Assembly: GCF_006345805.1 (NCBI RefSeq)
Contig: NC_043009.1
Location: 28,768,001-28,832,000 of the forward strand
Direction: 5' to 3'
Length of the DNA stretch: 64,000 bases
Source of the DNA: Octopus sinensis
Lineage: Eukaryota
This document shows positions 26,549 to 40,796 of this stretch, piece after piece. The translations under genes and the position numbers were made by a program. The number at the start of each line of letters is the position of its first letter. Positions within the stretch are counted from its first letter, which is position 1. The notes beneath the pieces were generated by a model. It did not search any database, was not told the origin of the DNA, and saw only the letters and a program-made list of their open reading frames with translations.

Positions 26549-26782
26549 GTTGTTGTTGCTATTGTCTACTTATTTACCTGGATGCCATGTCTCATTAAAT
26601 GTAGGAATGTCAGTTAAATTGACAAAGTCATAAGCCAACTCTATAGAAATATAACAACAGAAACAACAACAACAACAATTGGAATAAAAACAATAATATT
26701 AATAATAATAATGATGATGATGGTGATGTTGAAGATGATGATAATAATAATAATAATAATAATGAAGATTATAATATTAAAA

Positions 26783-26820
<38 letters not shown>

Positions 26821-27013
26821 GGATGTTGATGAAGATGATCATGATAATAATAATGTTAAATAAATATAATAATAATGGGGATGATAATAATAAATTGGCG
26901 AAAGAAAAGGAAGAGTATGATATAAAAGCCATAAAAAATGTGACAAACAAAAATGAAATTGAGAATAAGAAGGATTATAAGCCTGATTGTAATGGTGATG
27001 GTGATGATGATGG

Positions 27014-27086
<73 letters not shown>

Positions 27087-27162
27087 GGTGATGATGATGA
27101 TGATGATGATGATGGTAATAATAATAATGATAATAATGATAATAATAATAATGATAATAATG

Positions 27163-27215
<53 letters not shown>

Positions 27216-28214
27216 TATAACAGTTGTAGAAAAAATAGTTGCATTACTATCAGCAGCAGCAGTAGCAGCAGTAGTAGAAGTAGTATCAACAGTAACAATT
27301 ACAACACTAATAATAATGGTTATGATGATGATGATGATGATGGTTGTGTTGGTGATGATGATGATGGTGATGGTAATAATGAGCAATGATTCTGGTAAAA
27401 AAATGTAAGAAAATCACCAATAAACTTGCTCAAGAATTGCCAGTAATTTTCTATTGTCAGCTTGTCATCTGTTGACTCCATAACTTTCACTTGTAGCCAC
27501 AGAAATCAAATCAAATATAAGGAAATAATAATAAATAAATAAATAAAACATAAATATATATATATATGAAAAAAAAAACAAAGAAAAAATAACTGAAAAT
27601 CCAAGAGACTGAAGAATGAACAACAGCAGCAACAATAACAAAAACACCAGTAATAAAGCAATGACTGGAACTGAAATAAAACAAAAAAATCCAAAAAGGA
27701 TGGGAAGAACAAATGCAGCATTTTCAGTCTCTTCAGAAAGAAGACTTTTGTCTGTATATGTCAAAATATATATATATATATGAATTTAAATAATCAGAAA
27801 ATGGAGACAACTTTAGATCGACAAACAAATAAATTGGACCACATCTGTAGATTATTTTTTAATACATCTCTTTGTCAGTTACTATAACCGCTAACTCGGC
27901 TTACCTATATATATATATATATATATTTATAGACAGTTGTGGTGTGTTCTGTTAAGAACGTATTAGAGTACTAATAGAGCTCGTTCATCCTTAGACTTCC
28001 CAAAATAAATGGTCAGAGTATTATTATGGTATGTTACCAATTCTAGTCTTAGGTATTACTCGTGCATTTCAAAGGAGCCATGGATGTAATAGCATAGAAA
28101 ACTAGATTTACTCACGGAAACAGCAATTAAATATTGCCTGAGGAGATACGCATGGATCTTCCTATACAGGTAAATCGTTACCTAATTAATTTAAATTTGA
28201 ATTTAAGTTTAAAT

Positions 28215-28256
<42 letters not shown>

Positions 28257-28269
28257 TATATATATATAG

Positions 28270-28300
<31 letters not shown>

Positions 28301-29148
28301 CATGTATACATATATATGTATATGTATCGAAACATTTGTAGTGATCATTAAAAAGCTGCCTAACTGTACTTACTCTTCCATTTCATGACTCTTTTACTCT
28401 TTACTTTTTATACATATATTCATATATATATATATACACATATATACTAACTCCTATGGAGGGCTCTTCATTGGGCTTTGGGCCCAATAATGACACTTAA
28501 TGCATTGAGTACTTGTTATATTTTATTGAACTTGACCAATATTTTGCAAGCAATGAACAATTTTCATCAAAACAATGATATAATTTGTCAACTTGGAACT
28601 TATTGCAAAGCTGCATGATAAACAACATTTTTTTGTTTTCCCATTCAGGGATCAGTACAATTGCTTTTCTCTCTAGCCCCTCTCTCTCTCTTTCTGTTTA
28701 TTGTTTTCAACCATCACCAGATCCACCACCATCGTTACCAAACTGCCATATACACACTATTCTGCTGCTGATGATGATATATATATATATATATATATAC
28801 TCCTTTACTTGTTTCAGTCATTTCACTGCGACCATGCTGGAGTACTGCATCCAGCTGAAGAAACCTTGCCAAATCAGATTGGTGCCTGGAGTGGGCTCCC
28901 AGCTTGCCAGTTCTCAGTCAAACCATCCAACCCATGCCAGCATGGAAAGCGGACGTTAAACGATGCTGATGACAATGATGAAGGATAGATAAACAGAAAG
29001 AGAGATTGATAGATATATAGATTGATTGACTGATTGATTGATGGATTGATGACATTCACACCCACACACAAACACACATACTGTTACATAGAGAGAGACA
29101 CTCACACAAACACATATACATATATATATATGTGTGTATATATATATA

Positions 29149-29191
<43 letters not shown>

Positions 29192-30788
29192 GTGTTTGTA
29201 TAAGTGAGTGTCTCTCTGTGTAACAGTATGTGTGTTTGTGTGTAGGTGTGTGGGTGTGACTGTCATCATTTTGTGTTGGAATTTTTGGTTTTTTGAAGCA
29301 ACATATATTGTCATGGATTGTCAATGTAAATTCTTGGATTTTCTTGCAAGAAGTTTACTTAATTAATGCAGAACCCTAATTTCCCCAGGAAGGCATAAAG
29401 TATAATGAAGTTAGCTTCTTCATCTTCACCTTTTTACCATTTTTTAAAACATTTTTTTGTTTCTTTTCTTTTTCCTGTTATTTTCTTTGTTTTTGTTTTG
29501 TTGTCTCTTTTTATATTTTTGCAACAGGAACATCTTCCACATTGATCCTTGAATAATTACTTTTTGTTTTACTCTCGCGAAGAAACAAACCTTTCATTTT
29601 CCATTAAAAATAAATAAAAGCAACCTTAAGATATAAGAGGAAAATACACAAAAAAATATATATATAACATAAAACAAAACAGCAAAAACAAAAAATACGT
29701 AAAAACAAAATGCACAAATAACAAAATGGAAACATCCTTTTATTCTTCCAGAAATGTTTATTTTCAAAATTTTTTTTATTTTCAAGATTTACAATTACAA
29801 TCCTGATTTTCAGTTTACAGTGTTTATACAACTGCATTCGTTATAATAATGACAATGTGTTTAATAGAATCAAGTTTAAGGAGATATGAGTTGAGAGGCA
29901 GAGTAGGGAGAAAGAATATTGATAATACAAATAAATAAATAAATTTGTATTTTAAGTTTCAATCTGAACTCTCAATACAAACAAAAACAAAATAAATATA
30001 GAGTTAAGAAAGAGAAAACACATAAAATGAAAAATAACAATTTTGTTTTACCAAAAAAAAAAATTGATTTTTATATTGTTTTATATAATTTTTGGTTCCA
30101 ATGCTATTTTTACTTTTTATTTTCACAAGTTTTTAATTTTTATTATTTCTATTTATTTATTGTTTTTCTCTATTCATTTTCATGTACTTTCCATTTTCAT
30201 TCATTTATATTCTTCCTTGTCAAGATAAAAAATAAGTTTACTGAACCTTTACTGAACTAGTCACAGAATTTCTTTTGCTGTTAAAATTGGCATTATTGTT
30301 TGAGTATTTGATGCCATGTTCTACATGAAAATGGTAATCAAAGACAATACCAACTTCACATTAACAATATCTTACACCCCACTTACAAGAGGATTTGAAA
30401 TATAAATCTAAATATATTAATTAGTGTGAAGATGATTTATGAAAATACGCTCATCTTCAAGGATATTAACAATTATTTCAAATTCTGTGATTGCAGGCAT
30501 GTGTGCTTGTTCCCACATGCATGTCTGTATGTAAATTTATACATGTGTGTCTCTACTCTGTGTGTATATACTAGACGCATTTCTTTGTATTACCAATTGA
30601 AATACTAGTCTACATGTAAAATTTATTCTAAATAATTTGAAGTGCAACAGAAAGCACCAACAGATTTGTGAAATACAAGAAATCAATTTGGATGGCAGAA
30701 AATATTTGACTTAGATTAATGGCCAGATTGTGGTTTTTATTTCATCATCTTTTTATTTTATTTTATTTTATTAGTTTCTATTGTTTGA

Positions 30789-30789
<1 letters not shown>

Positions 30790-30881
<92 letters not shown>

Positions 30882-30937
30882 GTCTATCTATCTATCTATC
30901 AGTTAGTCTGCCTGTCTGTCTATCTATCTATCAGTTA

Positions 30938-31021
<84 letters not shown>

Positions 31022-31077
31022 GTCTATCTATCTATCTATCAGTTAGTCTGCCTGTCTGTCTATCTATCTATCAGTTA

Positions 31078-31150
<73 letters not shown>

Positions 31151-31175
31151 CCTATCTACCTACCTACCTACCTAA

Positions 31176-31237
<62 letters not shown>

Positions 31238-31300
31238 GTCTGTCTGTCTGTCTGTCTGTCTGTCAATTAGTCGATCTATCTATCTATCTATTTATCTATC
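30790..31300. repeat. long compound (TATC)n/(TGTC)n microsatellite
   Basis: Seen directly; a recurring AGTTAGTCTG interruption occurs four times. Confidence 0.95.
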
Positions 31301-31302
31301 CT

Positions 31303-32229
31303 TCATCATCATCATCCTCATCAGCATCGTTTAACGTCCGCTTTCTATGCTGGCATGGGTTGGATGGTTTGCCTGAGAACTGGTAAGCTGGGAGCCGACT
31401 CCAGGCACCAATCTGATTTGGCAAGGTTTCTTCAGCTGGATGCCCTTGCTAATGCCAACAACTCTGAGAGTGTAGTGGGTGCTTTTACCTGCCACCAGCA
31501 TGGGAGCCAGTCAGGCTGCACTGGCATCGGCCATGCTCAAATGGTGCGCTTTTTAAGTTCCACTGGCATGGGTGCCAGTCAGGCAGCACTGGCATTGGCT
31601 ATACTTGAGTGGTGCTTTTTAAGTGCCACTGGCACAGAAGCCAGTCATGTAGCACTGACATTGGCCATGACTATGATTTCCCTTGGTTCAACAGGTCTTC
31701 ACAAGCATGACATATTGGCCAATGATTGAAAGGTGCTTTTGAACGGGCCAGTTATGTGATATTGGCATTGGCCTTGACTATGATCTCACTTGGCTTGTCA
31801 GGTCTTCTCAAGCACAGCATATCTCCAACCATCTCAGTCACTTGTCATTAAGGTCGTGCTTCACTACCTCATCCCATGTCTTCCTGGTCTACCTCTTCCA
31901 CAGGTTCCCTCCATTGTTAGGGTGTGACACTTCTTCACACAGCTGTCCTCATCCATATGCATCACATGACCATACCAGCACAGTCGTCTCTTTTGCACAC
32001 CACATCTGATGCCTCTTATGACCAACTTTTCTTTCAGGGTGCTTACATTCTGTTGTGTATGCACACTGATATTACACATCAAGCGGAACATACTAGCTTC
32101 ATTTCTTTCAAGCCTACGCATGTCCTCAGCAGTTACAGCCTTTGTTTCACTGCTGTGTAGCATGGCTGTCCACACACTGGCATCATACAGTCTACCTTTC
32201 ACTCTGAGTGAGAGGCCCTTTGTTACCAT
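31303..32229 (-). mobile_element. 5'-truncated RTE-clade LINE (ORF C-terminus plus 3' UTR)
   Basis: ORF 31864-32229 reads LSLRVKGRLYDASVWTAMLHSSET...RRLERNEASM.R.MC...RRLCWYGHVMHMDED...GRGRP, the characteristic RTE post-RT region. Ends in a (GAT)n tail. Confidence 0.9.
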
Positions 32230-32388
32230 CTATATATCTATCTGTCTTTCTGTTCCTGTCTATCTATCTCTCTGTCATTTTTCTATCTATCTATTTATCT
32301 GTTTGTCTATTTATCTATCAATCTATCTGACTATCTCTGTATCTATCCATCCACCCATCCATCCATCCATTTATCTATCTATCTTTTT

Positions 32389-32470
<82 letters not shown>

Positions 32471-32506
32471 AATCTGTCTATATATATATATCTATCTATC
32501 TATCTA

Positions 32507-32543
<37 letters not shown>

Positions 32544-33908
32544 TTGTCTCTCTGTCTGTCGCTGTCTATCTGTCCCTGTCTATTTGTCTGCCTGTAACAT
32601 TTTTCAAGCTTGCACAGTCCAGATTGATTTTTTATACTTATTGGGACTTCATTTGAAGTGTCTGCATTACTTGACTTATATCACAAGAAAACCCGAAAGA
32701 GGGCAGCTTTATTGAACTCCTTCTTTCACTAAAAGCCAATCTCATAAGAATAGTCACAGAAAAGGTGGTTGCAATGGCTGTGCTCCAGCATGGCTGCAGC
32801 CATTACACTGAAACGTGTAAAAGAAATGATGTATGTATGAATGTTACATTTATGTGTGTATGTGTGCATTTATGTGTAGATATACATGTATATGTGTATA
32901 TATATGTGTGTATATATATATATTTATACATATATGTATATGTTTATATATATGTCTATATATCTATCTTCTCTCTCTCTCTATATATATATATATGTGC
33001 GTGTGTGTGTGTGAGTGATGCTGATCACTGCTGGAATGCCTTTGATCTTATATTTGCTAAATCAGGTATGATCTAAAATTAAATAGCTTCAACAACAACT
33101 GGCTAAATTACAATTTTTATCTAAATCATAGTTATATCAATAATATTTTTTTGTCAATATTATTTTATCATACTATATGTATATCAATATAATATTTTTA
33201 TCAATATCACACGTATATCAATATTATAAAACTAAATTAACAGTAATATACTACGAGAATGAAAGAAAAATTTTACACACGACACACAAATAGCATTTAA
33301 ATTATCTCATATTTAATTAACCAAGTATTTCTAGTTTTAATTTATTAATAATCTCTCACTCGCTGCATTACTTTGAAAACTAACCGTTCTCTGACTTGTC
33401 TGTAGAAGCAATGCCAAAACATACACTGTAGCTTGATGTTGTATTCTGACTTCTCAGCTCCTGTTGAAGAAGTCAACCCATGCCAACCTGGAAGGAGGAT
33501 GTTAAATAAGGGTGATGTTGCTGATTATATGATATACATGCAACACACACACACATATACACACACAACATACACACGCACAAACACAAACATACATGCA
33601 TACATACATGCATACATACATACATACATATATATATATATGTATATATATATATATGTATGTATGTATATGCATACATACACACATGTGTGTGTTTTGT
33701 GTGTGTATATATATATATGTGCATATATGTATACACATTCATACATATACATATGTCATGGGGGTATGGGAGTATAAATGTTTATATATAATCTATATAC
33801 ATATATATATATATTATACATACATACATAATATATATATATAGATAGAGAGATAATATATATATATACATATTTATACACACACACATATATATACATA
33901 TATATAAT

Positions 33909-33959
<51 letters not shown>

Positions 33960-34836
33960 TATATATATATAATATATACATATATACTTCATATATTGGC
34001 TGCTGTTTTACATAGCATTTTCACACTCTTGCGATTGTTTCTGTTCTTGTTCTTGTAGCTGTTGCCACTGTTGTTTCAATTGTTATCGTTCCTCATCTAT
34101 TTCTACCAAAAGCCCAATCCTGTTTCAATTCCATTGCAATATTCTGATGTTTAACTCTTTGATGTAGTTTATTGTATCGTGTTTTTTTATGTTGTTTTTG
34201 CGGCTTCTATTATATATATATTTTTTTACATTCATGTTTATTTCTTCTACTTGTTGTTGCTCTTCTTCTTCTTCTTCTTCTTCTTCTTCTTCTTCTTCTT
34301 CTTCTTCTTCTCTTCTTCTTCTTCTTCTTCTTCTTCTTCTTCTTCTTCTTCTTCTTCTTCTTCTTCTCATCCTTTACTTAAGCAAATCAACAAAAGCAAG
34401 ATAAAGGAAAAGGAAGATAAAAGAAAAGGAAAGGTGAAATGTATGGAAGACTGAATGTGACAAATTAAGGGCAAAGGGAAAAACAGAAAATACAAGAATT
34501 TCCCCTCAAGATGAAAGTGAGATAAGGCAACAGTAAAAAGTGAGTGAGAGAAATAGAGAGATAGAGAGAAGAAGGGTGAGAAGAAAGAGAAAAAAACAGA
34601 AGGGGGAAAAAATAGAGAAACTCAGATAAAAGCAAACTTAGAAGACAGGAACTTAAAAAATACACGCCATTCGCAAAAGTAATTATAAGAAGGTGGGAGT
34701 TTATACATACATTCATACATACATACATACATTCATACATATGCATGTATATATATATATATATATGTATGTATGCATATATATATATATGCATTGGTTC
34801 CACATTTATATATTTATGTATATATGTATAAAATGT

Positions 34837-34891
<55 letters not shown>

Positions 34892-35899
34892 ATACATACA
34901 CAAAGGTATACATAATACACATGTGTGTACATGTATTGGAGTAAAAAACTTTTAGTGTCTTGAAGACACATGCATATGCACTGTCATGCATACACAGGCA
35001 CATACACACACAAATATACACACACACACACAAGCGTATGTACACACACGTGCGCACGCACACACATGCACACACACAGATACCTATACTCCCAAACTCA
35101 TCTGCTCCCTCATATTACACATTTATACTCACATTGAAATGCAGAGAGAGAGAGAGGGAGAGGGAGATGGAGGTAGGGAGAGGGAGGGAGAAAGAGCGAG
35201 AGATAGGGGAGGGAGGGGGAGAGAGCAGTAGAGAGAGTTAGAGAGATAGGGAGAGATAGAGGGAGAGATAGTGTGAGATAGAGTGAGGGAGAGAGAGAGG
35301 TAGAGAGAGAGGGAGAGAGAGGGAGAGATAGAGAGAGTGAGAGCGGGGAATAGAGAGATAGAGGGAGAGAGGGAGAGAGAGAGCATGACCTTTTTGCGGA
35401 ACACTATCCTAAATACATACATAGACAAACAGACAGACAGAGAGACAGGCAAACAGACAGCAAGTTACCTACAGCAGTGAAAGTACAGGTGGAAAGAAAC
35501 AAAAGAAAATACAAAAAATACAAAGAAACAGAAAACAACAACAAAATCAACAACACCAATAATAATAAAAAAAAGATGCACAATTTTTGTGGACCCCCCC
35601 CAAAAAAAAACCCCAAAGCAAACACCTAAAGAGAAAACAACAGCAATAAACGAAATGAAATAAAATAAATTGCGAAGAAAGGTAAGAGGATTTTTTTGTC
35701 TGTTTATTTTTCTCATCATCGCTATTTGTTGTTTGTTTTGCGAGAGGAGGATTTCTGCTGCGATAAAGTGCCGCCAGTTGTTACCAAAAATTGGTTTGCT
35801 TCTGACCTTGATTTGAGACACACAAACGCAATCAACATATGCTTAAGAACTATCGGCACAAGCATAAGAATAAGCAAATGCTATCAACCAAATTGTAAC

Positions 35900-35940
<41 letters not shown>

Positions 35941-36031
35941 GACGATAATAATAATATAATAATAATAATAATAATAATAAAATAATAATAATAATAACAA
36001 TGAGGATGATCATGATGATTATGATGATAAC

Positions 36032-36073
<42 letters not shown>

Positions 36074-36507
36074 GATAATAATAATAATAAGAAGAAGAAT
36101 GATGATGATGATAATAATAAGAATAATGATGATGATTATAATAATAATAATGATGATGAACATGATAATAACAATAATGATAATAATAAAATAATAAAGA
36201 TGATGATCATGATAACAATAAAAATAATAATAATAATAACAATAATGATAAGAAGAAGAATAATGATGATAATAAAAATTATAAGAATGATGATAATAAT
36301 AATAATAATAATAATGATGATGATAATGATAATAATAATGATGATGATGATGATAATGATAATAATAATAATAATGATGATGATGATGATGATAATGATA
36401 ATAATAATAATAATGATGATAATGATAACGATGATAATAATAATGATGATGATAATGATAATGATGATAATGATAATAGTAATGATGATGATATAATAAT
36501 AATGATG

Positions 36508-36543
<36 letters not shown>

Positions 36544-37199
36544 CTGATGCTGCTGATTATTATAAATTGTTATATATATCACTGGTGGTGGTGGTAATGG
36601 TGGTAATAGTGATTGTTGTGTTGGATGTGGGGATCGTGATGGTGATGAGAAAGGTGGTAAAGGTGGTGGAGGTGGTTGAAGTTGCAGGGGTGATGGTTAT
36701 GTTTGGTAAATAATCTTTGAAAATGAGGGGAAGAAAAGATTATTACAAACTACTACTACTACCACCACCACCACCACCACAACAACAACAACAATGACAA
36801 CAATAATAATGGTAGTAACAATAATCTATTCTTTATTAGCTGCAAAGGACTGAAGAGATATAGATAATACGAAACTTTCATTAGGGGTTATGAAGAAAAA
36901 GTGGAATGTCTTCAAAGGCAACAAAGATAAAAAGGGGAAAGCGTGGGAGATGTTACACAATATATGAATGAATGTATTATGATTTTAAAAGTACATATAT
37001 TTGTACGAGTGGGGTAAATCATGTATGATAAAACACACAATAATTTAAACAAGATATAAACATAAAGAAGATAAAACATAAATGATTACTGACTGGGTTG
37101 GCTTTTGGCACTCCACAACCCTTACCACTCACCAATTCACAAATTGTTTCTGAGTGCAACTAAATGCACTAGTAAGCATTTTTTAAAAGAGATTTGGTG

Positions 37200-37820
37200 A
37201 TGAAAAATTCCAGTATCTTTTTAAAGTTCATTGTACGTCTTTTTGAAGTTCATTGTATTATCTTATTTTTAGTTTCTCTATTAATCTATCTTTTGCATGT
37301 TGCTTATATTGTGAAACTATCTCTGATATTCCGGCATCTTTGGAAAGTTTATGGCGTCGCAAATACGTAATTTTGTCTATTAATTGTTTGTTTGACTTTT
37401 GAAGGATGGTAGATCAAACTTCTTTTTCAGCATCTTCATTTCTCCATTATACCTTGGAGTGTGATGTCATTGTCCTTTTGAAGAAATTGTTTCTCTTATA
37501 TTTTTGTGAATTTGTGTTGAGTTTTTCCCTTTTCTTTTTATGTTTCTCTCAACAATTTGTTAAATTCCATCTGCAACTATTATTTCTTTGTAGTCACATG
37601 ACAACTGAATGGTACTGCTGGTTGCCAATATTAGAACATGAATTCTTTGCAGTTCTATATTTAAGAGATGAGGAATTATGTATATTATTTTCATTTGAAG
37701 AAAGTCTGTCATCTTGTTTGCTGCTAACACAACGTTTCGGCTGATATATCCTCCAGCCTTCATCAGGTGTCTTGGTAAAATTTCCAACCTGGGTTCTCAT
37801 TCCTAAGGTATTTTTCGATG
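37200..37820 (-). mobile_element. Penelope-like element: pseudo-LTR segment and decayed start of ORF
   Basis: Contains a minimal type I hammerhead. Downstream A-rich, coding-like sequence reads ILQKSNKQLIDKITYLRRHKLSKDAGISEIVSQYKQHAKDRLIEKLK. Confidence 0.6.
37726..37771 (-). ncRNA. minimal type I hammerhead ribozyme motif (Penelope-type)
   Basis: GACAC CTGATGA A GGCTG-gaggatatat-CAGCC GAAA CG T T GTGTT: stem I GACAC/GTGTT, canonical core, 5-bp stem II, palindromic ACGT stem III. Confidence 0.8.
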
Positions 37821-37844
37821 TTATTATTATTATTATTATTATTA

Positions 37845-37871
<27 letters not shown>

Positions 37872-37875
<4 letters not shown>

Positions 37876-40130
37876 TAGTTTTATTTTTATAGCGTGCTTT
37901 CACTTCACTACCGAGCGCAGCTCTGTGTGCCTTAGGTATGTGCTGTGATTTGTTGTGGTGCTCTGATGGTTATTGTATGGAAAGTGTTCCGCGTAGGATG
38001 TGTGCAGTGCCTAGTAGTGCAATTTTCTGTATGTTATATGTGTTTGTAAGTCCTGGTGTTTTTGTTATGTATTTGTCTGAATATTTTTTTATCATGCCTT
38101 ATGCACCTACTATGATAGGAATTGTTTCTGTTTTTAGATTCCACATTCTGGTTACCTCTATTTCCAGGTCTTTGTATTTTGAAAGTTTCTCCATTTCTTT
38201 TAGAGACACGTTGTCATCTGCCAGGATTGATGCATCAATTAGAAAGCATTTTTTTTCTTCATGATCTCTGACAACTATATCTGGACTGTTAGCCTTTATT
38301 TCTCTATCTGTGTGTATCGGCATATCCCAGAGTATGGTTGCTTTCTCGTTTACTGTGACCTTTTCTGGTGTGTGCCTATAGCATCTTTTTTCTGCAGTTA
38401 CTTGTTATATTTCTTTTCATTACATGTTTTTGGTGAATTCTGGTGGGGAGACTTTGGTGTTGTGCTGCAATTAAAAATCCCTCTGTCTCTGCTTTGAGTC
38501 CTGAGCTTCTCAACCATTGCTGGGATTTTTCTTTGTCTATTTCTTTTGCGTTTAGTTTAGTCCAGTATTTACCATGAAGGGGCTTTACTTGCCATCGTTT
38601 TATCATGATTCGTTGCTGTTCTATTTTTAGTTTGGATTTCATTTGTTTTATAGCTTTTGTTGTTTCTTCATCTTCTTCTTCTTCTTCTTCTTCTTCATAT
38701 CTATTTGGTGGTATGATTTCTTGTTTGTATTTGTCAGCTTCCTTAAATACTGAGAACAGTTTTTTGTTTTGCTCGTGTTTTGCCGCTATTTGTATCAGTT
38801 TTCCTTCCTTCTGAAGTAGATATTTTTGCAGTCCTATGGTGGTTATTTTATAGTAGTTTTCCAGCTGTAAAAGGCCTCTACCACCTTCTATACGTTGTAT
38901 ATATAGTCTTTCTATGTCAGATTTTGGGTGATGCATCCTAGATCCTGTCATTATTTTTCTTGTTTTCCTATCTATTTTGGTCAGTTCATTTAGTGTCCAG
39001 TTAAGGATATTGTAGCTGTAACTTATAACTGGGACAGCTAAAGTGTTAATACCTATTATCTTGTTTTTAGCATTGAGCTCTGTTTTAGTATTGATCTAAC
39101 TCGTCTATAATATTCTTTTTTTATTTTCTCTTTCATTTGTGTGTGTTGTGTCTTATCTAGTTCATGGATTCCTAAGTATTTGTAAGTTTGGCTTTGGTCT
39201 AGTTCTTTTATTTCATTGGTTTTATCTAGTGTGATGTTGCTACTCTTAACTAGTTTTCCTCTTTTCAGGGTTACTTTGGCACATTTTTCTAATCCAAATC
39301 TCATATCTATTTCTTTGGTAAATCCATGAACTGTCTTTAATAGTGTTTCCAGCTGTTTGTCATTTGCAGCGTATAGTTTTAGGTCATCCATATATAAAAG
39401 GTCGCTGATCGTTTTGCCGTAACATTTATATCTGCATCCAGTTCTATTTAGCATATCAGATAGAGGTGACAGTGCCAAGCAGAAAAGGAGTGGAGAGAGC
39501 GTGTCTCCCTGGAATATTCCTCTTCTTATGGGGATGGCTTTGGTTTTCATGAGTCCCTCTTTTGTTTGGAGCTGTAGCACGGTTTGCCATTTATTCATAG
39601 AGTGCCCTATGAATTTTATAATTGTTGGTGCTACTTTGTTAATGGCTAGTGTTTCAAGGATCCATGTGTGGGGGATGCTATCAAACACCTTTTTGTAGTC
39701 GATCCAGGCCTTTCTTCTTTCTGTGGCTGTCTTCAATTGTGGCTTTACTAATCATTAGTTGATCTTTACAGCCATATGAGCCTTTGCGGCATCCTTTCTG
39801 CTCTTCTGGAAACAGGTTGTTTTCGTCCAGGTGCTTGTTCAACCTTTGCGATATCACTGCAGTAAATGCCTTGTACATTGTAGGGAGACAGGTTATTGGT
39901 CTGTAGTTTTCTGGTTTTGCTGTCTCATTTGATTTGGGAATTAAGATGGTTTTCCCCTTCGTGAGCCATTCAGGCATTGTCTCTGGCTCTGCTAGTATAT
40001 TGTTAAAGTTTTCAGCCAGCTTTTTGTGCATTCCTGTTAGATATTTCAACCAGAATTTGGGGATCTTGTCATGCCCAGGTGCCTTCCAGTTGCTTAGTCT
40101 TTGCAGTGCCTGGGTGACCTCTTCAGTTGT
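37872..40130 (-). mobile_element. Dong/R4-clade LINE (family A), 5'-truncated and frameshifted: RT plus RLE
   Basis: Reads NWKAPGHDKI, ENYRPITCLPTMYK, WIDYKKVFDSIPH, RGIFQGDTLSPLLF, LLYMDDLKLYA, YKYLG, RLY..R.EGGRGL and ANSPDIVVRD...LID...K..KY.DL. Both flanks are (TAA)n. Confidence 0.95.
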
Positions 40131-40182
40131 TATTATTATTATTATCATTATTATTATTATCATCATCATTATTATTATTATT

Positions 40183-40213
<31 letters not shown>

Positions 40214-40226
40214 TATTATTATTATT

Positions 40227-40378
40227 CAGGTCACTGCCTGGAATCAAACTCAGAATCTTGGGATTAGTAACCCGTGCTCTTTACCATTATGCCATATGCC
40301 CACGGGCATATAGCATAGTGGTTAAGAGCGCAGGCTGCTAACCTCAAGACTCTGAGTTTGATTCCAGGCAGTGACCTG
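40227..40378. repeat. head-to-head palindrome of two tRNA-like (Pol III A/B box) units, each followed by (TAA)n
   Basis: Right arm GGGCATATAGCATAGTGGTTAAGAGCGCAGGCTGCTAACCTCAAGACTCTGAGTTTGATTCCAGGCAGTGACCTG. The left arm is its imperfect reverse complement; centre at 40302-40303. Confidence 0.85.
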
Positions 40379-40379
40379 A

Positions 40380-40411
<32 letters not shown>

Positions 40412-40441
40412 GATGATGATGATAATAATAATAATAATAAT

Positions 40442-40493
<52 letters not shown>

Positions 40494-40796
40494 GTAATAA
40501 TAATAATGATAAAAAAGACGTGAAAAAGTACCAGCTCATGTGTTTACTAGAATATTAGGATATTACCTTCCCAAAACACAAGAAAATGTTTAAAATACAA
40601 ACGAGTAAAAGCACTCAGTAAACTCTGTAAAATGGATGATTTCAGGAATGATATCCAGCTATAGAATCCATCCCAAAATAGATCATGGGGCACATTTTGG
40701 CTCCAGTAAAAACTGTGCAGTCCATGACAGCATGGAAGATGGACATTAAATGACAATGACGATGATGATGATGACAATGACGACGATGACGATGAT

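Noticed and set aside
40304-40378. Functional tRNA-Ser gene (loop CT-GCT-AA)
   Set aside because: The acceptor and T stems pair poorly, there is no long variable arm or oligo-T terminator, and the unit is part of an inverted repeat.
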